A stretch of DNA of 64,000 bases, from the NCBI GenBank assembly GCA_964454895.1, contig CAYVTW010000010.1, positions 9,934-73,933 on the forward strand, given 5' to 3'. This document shows, one piece after another, positions 59,405 through 64,000 of this stretch. The position numbers and the translations under genes are program-made. The stretch comes from an uncultured Ignavibacterium sp. Its GTDB lineage: Bacteria; Bacteroidota; Ignavibacteria; Ch128b. The notes under the pieces are model-generated. The model was not told the DNA's origin. It saw nothing but the letters and a program-made list of their open reading frames with translations, and did no database searches. Every line of letters begins with the position of its first letter. The first letter of the stretch is position 1.

Positions 59405-60589
59405 ATGAAGGTTCTAATAGCCGACAAATTTCCAGACAGATACATCCAAGACCTAAAAGAGTTAGGTCTAGAGGTTATTTATAATCCCAAACTCGGGGAG
59501 AATGATCTTCCAGAAGCAGCTAAAGAAGTAGATATTTTAGTTGTTCGATCTACCGTTGTAAATGAAAAGACAATTTATGAAAGCAGAAATTTATCTTTGA
59601 TCGTCCGAGCAGGTGCCGGTGTAAATAACATAGCTATTGCTGCCGCAAACAGAAAAGGAGTTTATGTGAGTAATTGTCCTGGTAAAAATGCAATTGCTGT
59701 GGCCGAACTTACAATCGGTTTGATGATTGCTTTGGACAGGTGGATTCCGGATAATGTGATCGATTTTAGAAATGGAATATGGAATAAAGATAAATATTCA
59801 AAAGCTCAAGGCTTATATGGAAGAACATTAGGAGTTATTGGAGTTGGAAACATAGGGAAAGAAGTAGCAAAAAGGGCTCTTGCACTTGGTATGAATGTTT
59901 ATGGTAAAGATATCTCAAGAATTGAGGGGATCGCAATTAAAGATTTTTCCGAAATGGATCAATTGTTACCACTCTGCGATGTTGTGTCAGTACATCTCCC
60001 TTTAACTGAACAAACAAGAAATTTATTTGATCAAAAAATGTTCAGTTATATGAAAGACGGCGCTTTATTCATCAATACATCAAGAGCTGAGATAGTAGAT
60101 GAAGATGCATTGCTTTGGGCAGTAGAAAACAAAAAGATAAGAGCAGCTTTGGATGTTTTTAAAGATGAACCTGAAGCAAAATCGGGAACTGTGTCTTCAA
60201 AACTTCAATCAAACCAAAATATTTATGTAACTCATCACATCGGAGCTTCAACTGAGCAAGCACAAAATGCCGTAGCCGAAGAAACAGTCCGAATCATTAA
60301 AGATTATCTCACTAGTGGTGTTATTGCACATTGGGTAAACAGAGCGAGAATAACTGATGCTAAATATCAGCTTGTAGTTAAACATTATGATAGGCCCGGC
60401 GTTCTCGCATCAGTTCTAAATGTGATTCGTCAAGCAAATATAAATATTGAGGAAATTGAGAATGTAATTTTTGATGGTGGGATTGTAGCCTGTTGCACAA
60501 TGAAATTAAAAGATCCATTATCACAAGAATTGCTCAACCAAATTAAAAATGATGAAAATGTGTTAAGCATCTCGCATGTCGCGATATAA
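59405..60589 (+). CDS. serA: D-3-phosphoglycerate dehydrogenase (2-hydroxyacid dehydrogenase with C-terminal ACT domain)
   Basis: ...TLGVIGVGNIGKEVAKRA... NAD fold. Catalytic ...R...E...H region (…THHIGASTEQ…). ~70-aa C-terminal ACT-like domain. Confidence 0.8.
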   Translation: MKVLIADKFPDRYIQDLKELGLEVIYNPKLGENDLPEAAKEVDILVVRSTVVNEKTIYESRNLSLIVRAGAGVNNIAIAAANRKGVYVSNCPGKNAIAVAELTIGLMIALDRWIPDNVIDFRNGIWNKDKYSKAQGLYGRTLGVIGVGNIGKEVAKRALALGMNVYGKDISRIEGIAIKDFSEMDQLLPLCDVVSVHLPLTEQTRNLFDQKMFSYMKDGALFINTSRAEIVDEDALLWAVENKKIRAALDVFKDEPEAKSGTVSSKLQSNQNIYVTHHIGASTEQAQNAVAEETVRIIKDYLTSGVIAHWVNRARITDAKYQLVVKHYDRPGVLASVLNVIRQANINIEEIENVIFDGGIVACCTMKLKDPLSQELLNQIKNDENVLSISHVAI

Positions 60590-60614
60590 TATTTTTTCAC
60601 TTTAAAACTAAAAA

Positions 60615-60643
60615 GGCTGTCGATTTTTGACAGCCTTTTTTTT
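60615..60643. terminator. Bidirectional rho-independent terminator between serA (+) and rplS (-)
   Basis: aaaaaGGCTGTCgatttttGACAGCCtttttttt: 7-bp GC-rich stem, A-run upstream and T8 downstream. Confidence 0.75.
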
Positions 60644-60661
60644 GATTTAAGATTTATAAAA

Positions 60662-61000
60662 TTATTTACTTTTAATCTTCGCCGCTTTTCCTGAAAGCTT
60701 TCTTAAATAATAAAGTTTTGCTCTTCTAACTTTTCCTTCACGGACTACTTCAATTTTCGCAATTCTTGGTGAATGCATTGGGAAAATTCTCTCTACACCA
60801 ACTCCATCAGAAATTTTACGAACAGTGAAAGTTTGATCTATACCACTGCCTCTAATCGAAATAACATCACCCTCAAATTGTTGAATTCTTTCCTTGTCAC
60901 CTTCAATAACTCGGAAGTGAACATTAATCCTATCTCCAGGCTTGAACTTAGGGAGATCCGTTCTCACCTGCATTTTTTTTACTAGATCCAATTTATTCAT
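60662..61000 (-). CDS. rplS: 50S ribosomal protein L19
   Basis: ...[38 protein letters not shown]...[19 protein letters not shown]... Confidence 0.9.
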   Translation of the reverse strand: MNKLDLVKKMQVRTDLPKFKPGDRINVHFRVIEGDKERIQQFEGDVISIRGSGIDQTFTVRKISDGVGVERIFPMHSPRIAKIEVVREGKVRRAKLYYLRKLSGKAAKIKSK

Positions 61001-61013
61001 TTTATCATCTCCA

Positions 61014-61682
61014 TTAAATTTTTTCTACTTTTGAGAAATATTTTTCTTTCCATTCTTTAATTTTGTTATGATCACCTGAAACTAAAACTTCAGGAACTTT
61101 TAATCCTAAAAATTCTCTAGGTCTTGTATAAATTGGTGGTTCCAAATAATCATCTTCGATAAAAGAATCTGTTAACGCAGACTCACTATCACCCAAAGCA
61201 CCAGGCAACAACCTTACAACAGCATCAACAATCACTAGAGCTGGTAACTCACCTCCACTCAATACGAATCTACCAATTGAAAGCTCTTTTGCATTAAAAT
61301 AATCAATCACTCTCTGATCTATTCCTTTATAATGTCCACAAATAATAATAACATTTTTAAGCAATGATATTCGCTTCGCTTCTTTCTGAGTAAAAATTTC
61401 ACCTTTTGCTGAAGTAACAATTATCTCATCATAATTTCTTTCAGCTTGGAGTTTTTTAACACATTTATAAATCGGTTCAGGCTTGAGGACCATTCCGCTT
61501 CCACCACCATAAGGTTTATCATCAATTTGCTTATAACGGCCCTCACCATAATCATGCAAATTATGAAGATGAATCTCTACAATACCTTTTTCTCTCGCTC
61601 TCTTTATGATACTATAACTTATTGGACTTTCAAGAATTTCAGGTACTGCCGAGATTATATCAAATCGCATCATCGGAGTCAA
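61014..61682 (-). CDS. trmD: tRNA (guanine37-N1)-methyltransferase
   Basis: ...[11 protein letters not shown]......[17 protein letters not shown]......[11 protein letters not shown]......[28 protein letters not shown]... Confidence 0.9.
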   Translation of the reverse strand: MTPMMRFDIISAVPEILESPISYSIIKRAREKGIVEIHLHNLHDYGEGRYKQIDDKPYGGGSGMVLKPEPIYKCVKKLQAERNYDEIIVTSAKGEIFTQKEAKRISLLKNVIIICGHYKGIDQRVIDYFNAKELSIGRFVLSGGELPALVIVDAVVRLLPGALGDSESALTDSFIEDDYLEPPIYTRPREFLGLKVPEVLVSGDHNKIKEWKEKYFSKVEKI

Positions 61683-62175
61683 AAAATCCTTCGTAATTTT
61701 TTATTCTTATAATTTTCTGTTTAATATCAATTTCTTTAATATAATCTTTGACAGCAGGATAAAATACTTTCTTCTTGTTTAACAGTTCAATTTCATAAGC
61801 ATCATTTGAAGGAAGAGAGATTACATCTGTAATCACTCCAATTTGAACATCATCTTCATCTAATACTCTTAAGCCAATCAAATCATGAATATAGTATTCA
61901 TCTGCACTAAGTGGTTTCAATTCATCTTCTCTAATTATTATTTCACAATTTTTATACTTAGTAGCTTCTTCAATGCTATCAATACCTTTCAATTTCAAAC
62001 AAATGAAACCTTTGTGCAAAAAAGATTCTTCTATCAAAAATTCAAAGAGCGAATTTTCAAATTTTATTTTAACGATATTATTTTTCTCAAACCTTTCAAA
62101 AAAATCAGTAAAAGGTTTTACTTTAAGTGTCCCCCTTATTCCGTGAGGACCAACAATCTTTCCTATTAAAATCAT
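61660..62175 (-). CDS. rimM: 16S rRNA processing protein RimM
   Basis: ...IGKIVGPHGIRGTLKV...: N-terminal RimM beta-barrel plus PRC-like C-terminal domain. Position between the KH gene and trmD. Confidence 0.8.
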   Translation of the reverse strand: MILIGKIVGPHGIRGTLKVKPFTDFFERFEKNNIVKIKFENSLFEFLIEESFLHKGFICLKLKGIDSIEEATKYKNCEIIIREDELKPLSADEYYIHDLIGLRVLDEDDVQIGVITDVISLPSNDAYEIELLNKKKVFYPAVKDYIKEIDIKQKIIRIKNYEGFFDSDDAI

Positions 62176-62187
62176 TCAGTTAATGAA

Positions 62188-62424
62188 TTATTTATCAGCA
62201 ATCTCTAAAATTGCTTTTTTGCCATCTTTTGCAGCAACAGCAGTCAGAAGTACCCTCATTGCTTGAGCCGTTTTACCCTGCTTACCGATTACTTTACCAA
62301 TATCTTCTTTAGCAACCTTAAGGGTAAAAACGATCTTGTTTTCAGAAACAACTTTTTCCTCGACCTGTACCCCATCTGGCTGATCAACGAGGTGTCTCGC
62401 CATCATTTCGACGAATTCTTTCAT
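62188..62424 (-). CDS. KH-domain RNA-binding protein (YlqC/UPF0109 family)
   Basis: ...IGKVIGKQGKTAQAMRVLL... GxxG KH loop. Canonical position between rpsP and rimM. Confidence 0.7.
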   Translation of the reverse strand: MKEFVEMMARHLVDQPDGVQVEEKVVSENKIVFTLKVAKEDIGKVIGKQGKTAQAMRVLLTAVAAKDGKKAILEIADK

Positions 62425-62494
62425 CTATATGTCCCTCCATATTGGGGTGCAAAAATGTGTACAGGCAGAGGCTCCGATTTCTCAGATTCTGCCC

Positions 62495-62902
62495 TTATCC
62501 CTCAGAAGCTGCACCTTTTGCTTCCGAAGCTCCTTTTTTCTTCTTTCTTTTTGGTTCCTCTTTCAATTTTTTGAGTTTTTCTTGTTGTTTTGCTCTAAAT
62601 TCTTGTAAGGCTTCTTCAATCTTTTCTGGTTCAACTTTCTTTCTCATTAAATGATACTTTAATAGAATACCTTCTCTTCTGAGTAAGCTTCTTACAGTAT
62701 CAGTAGGCTGAGCACCATTTTTTAACCATTTGATTGCTTTATCATCTTTAATCACCACTTCCGGGGGATTAAGTCGAGGATTATATGTCCCAACAACCTC
62801 AATGAATTTACCATCTCGTGGTGAACGAGAATCTGCAGCAACTATTCTATAAAATGGTTGTTTCTTTTTACCTAATCTTTGCAATCTTAACTTTACTGCC
62901 AA
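62495..62902 (-). CDS. rpsP: 30S ribosomal protein S16 (with Lys/Ala-rich C-terminal extension)
   Basis: [40 protein letters not shown]... Confidence 0.9.
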   Translation of the reverse strand: MAVKLRLQRLGKKKQPFYRIVAADSRSPRDGKFIEVVGTYNPRLNPPEVVIKDDKAIKWLKNGAQPTDTVRSLLRREGILLKYHLMRKKVEPEKIEEALQEFRAKQQEKLKKLKEEPKRKKKKGASEAKGAASEG

Positions 62903-62924
62903 AAGTTAATCCTCCATATGATTC

Positions 62925-64000
62925 TTAGTTTAGTTTCAGATTAAAATTACGAAATGCTTTATTAAAATCCATATTGTTTAGCTTTTTAATCATTTTTTGC
63001 ATTTCTTCAAATTGTTTAACGAGTCTATTGACTTCTTGAATACTCGTTCCGCTTCCTTTTGCGATTCGTCGTTTTCTACTCGCATTTAATATTTTGGGGT
63101 TTCTTCGTTCTTCTTTTGTCATTGAATTAATAATCGCTTCAACTTTTATAAAAGCTTTTTCATCAACTTGCATGTTTTTTTGAATTGAAGAAAGGCCTGG
63201 TATCATAGAAAGAATTTGTGAGAGTGAACCAAGTCGTTTTATTATTTTCAACTGACTTCGGAAATCTTCAAAATCGAATTTGTTGGATCTAAGTTTTTCT
63301 TCAAGCTTTTCCGCTTCTTTTTCTTCGAATGCACTTTGCGCTCTTTCTACGAGCGTAACAATATCTCCTTTTCCTAAAATTCTCGATGCCATCCTGTCTG
63401 GATGAAATACTTCGATTGAGTCTATTTTCTCACCAAGACTTACAAATTTTATTGGTTTATTAACAACCGCTCTAATCGATAAAGCACATCCACCTCTTGT
63501 ATCACCATCTAGTTTTGTCAAAACTATGCCATCATAAGAAATTATATCATGAAAAGCTTTTGCTGTGTTCACCGCATCCTGTCCTGTCATTGAATCAACT
63601 ACAAAATAGGTTTCGGTAGGTTTTACGATTTCTTTAATCTTTGAAATCTCTTCCATCATTTCTTCATCTATATGTAAACGACCCGCAGTATCAATTACAA
63701 CAGAATTATAATCTTTTTCCTTTGCATACTTAATCGATTGAGCAGCTATTTCTACAGCATCTTTATCTATATGAAATACATCGACATTAATTTGCTTCCC
63801 GAGTTGTTTAAGTTGCTCAACGGCAGCAGGTCTGTAAATATCGCAAGCAACAAGTAGTGGTTTTAATCCAGCTTTTTTTAGATAATTTGCAAGTTTAGCT
63901 GCAAACGTAGTCTTTCCTGAACCTTGCAATCCAGCTAACAAATAAATCGATGGTGGTGTATTTGAAAATATAAGAGGTGATGTAGTACCACCAAGAAGAT
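62925..64000 (-). CDS. ffh: Signal recognition particle protein Ffh (partial; N-terminus beyond window end)
   Basis: ...LLAGLQGSGKTTFAAKLA... (G1), ...DTAGR..., ...TKLDG... (G4). C-terminal M-domain (…RILGKGDIVTLVERAQ…). Frame remains open to position 64000. Confidence 0.9.
   Translation of the reverse strand, partial: LLGGTTSPLIFSNTPPSIYLLAGLQGSGKTTFAAKLANYLKKAGLKPLLVACDIYRPAAVEQLKQLGKQINVDVFHIDKDAVEIAAQSIKYAKEKDYNSVVIDTAGRLHIDEEMMEEISKIKEIVKPTETYFVVDSMTGQDAVNTAKAFHDIISYDGIVLTKLDGDTRGGCALSIRAVVNKPIKFVSLGEKIDSIEVFHPDRMASRILGKGDIVTLVERAQSAFEEKEAEKLEEKLRSNKFDFEDFRSQLKIIKRLGSLSQILSMIPGLSSIQKNMQVDEKAFIKVEAIINSMTKEERRNPKILNASRKRRIAKGSGTSIQEVNRLVKQFEEMQKMIKKLNNMDFNKAFRNFNLKLN

Noticed and set aside
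1-64000. CRISPR arrays, IS elements/transposases, integrases, phage genes, rRNA
   Set aside because: I saw no short regular direct repeats with unique spacers, no transposase/integrase-like ORFs and no rRNA-like conserved stretches on reading through. The only repeats are short AT-rich low-complexity runs in intergenic regions.

Overview
This is an AT-rich (roughly 33-35% GC) bacterial chromosomal segment with about 60 genes and two tRNAs. I did not recognise any CRISPR array, IS element, integrase or rRNA. The content points to a Bacteroidota/Ignavibacteriota/Chlorobiota-like organism, but the phylum is an inference. Evidence: three T9SS C-terminal sorting-domain cargo proteins (…NYPNPFNP…), CarbD/plug-type TonB-dependent receptors, a LolA-like + 2x FtsX + ABC + OMP exporter, and a FliA (sigma-28) gene inside a two-component/sigma-54 regulatory island. 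Housekeeping content: purM, rpsU, secG, tRNA-Met(CAT), tRNA-Pro(CGG), dacB-like PBP4, Kef-type antiporter, NDH-2, add, hutU, serA, and the classic ffh-rpsP-KH-rimM-trmD-rplS operon at the 3' end. Accessory content: (i) a compact type II restriction-modification pair, a CcrM/M.HinfI-like beta-class N6-adenine methyltransferase followed by a small PD-(D/E)xK endonuclease candidate; (ii) a feo iron-uptake operon headed by a DtxR-family repressor, with FeoB split into separate G-domain and membrane genes (ATGA overlap) and a 16-bp palindrome over the repressor's own promoter; (iii) a non-canonical signalling cluster (REC-DHp protein, stand-alone REC, degenerate pseudo-histidine kinase, HDOD protein, FliA, small membrane protein, REC-unknown, NtrC-type EBP, divergent membrane HK), which I consider the most likely place for an undescribed regulatory system; (iv) an 852-aa TPR lipoprotein with a CHAT-like, apparently catalytically dead C-terminal domain, in an operon with a TonB-dependent receptor. 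The provided ORF track lists only ORFs with an in-window stop (TTG/GTG starts shown as M), so edge-crossing genes at both ends were read directly from the sequence.
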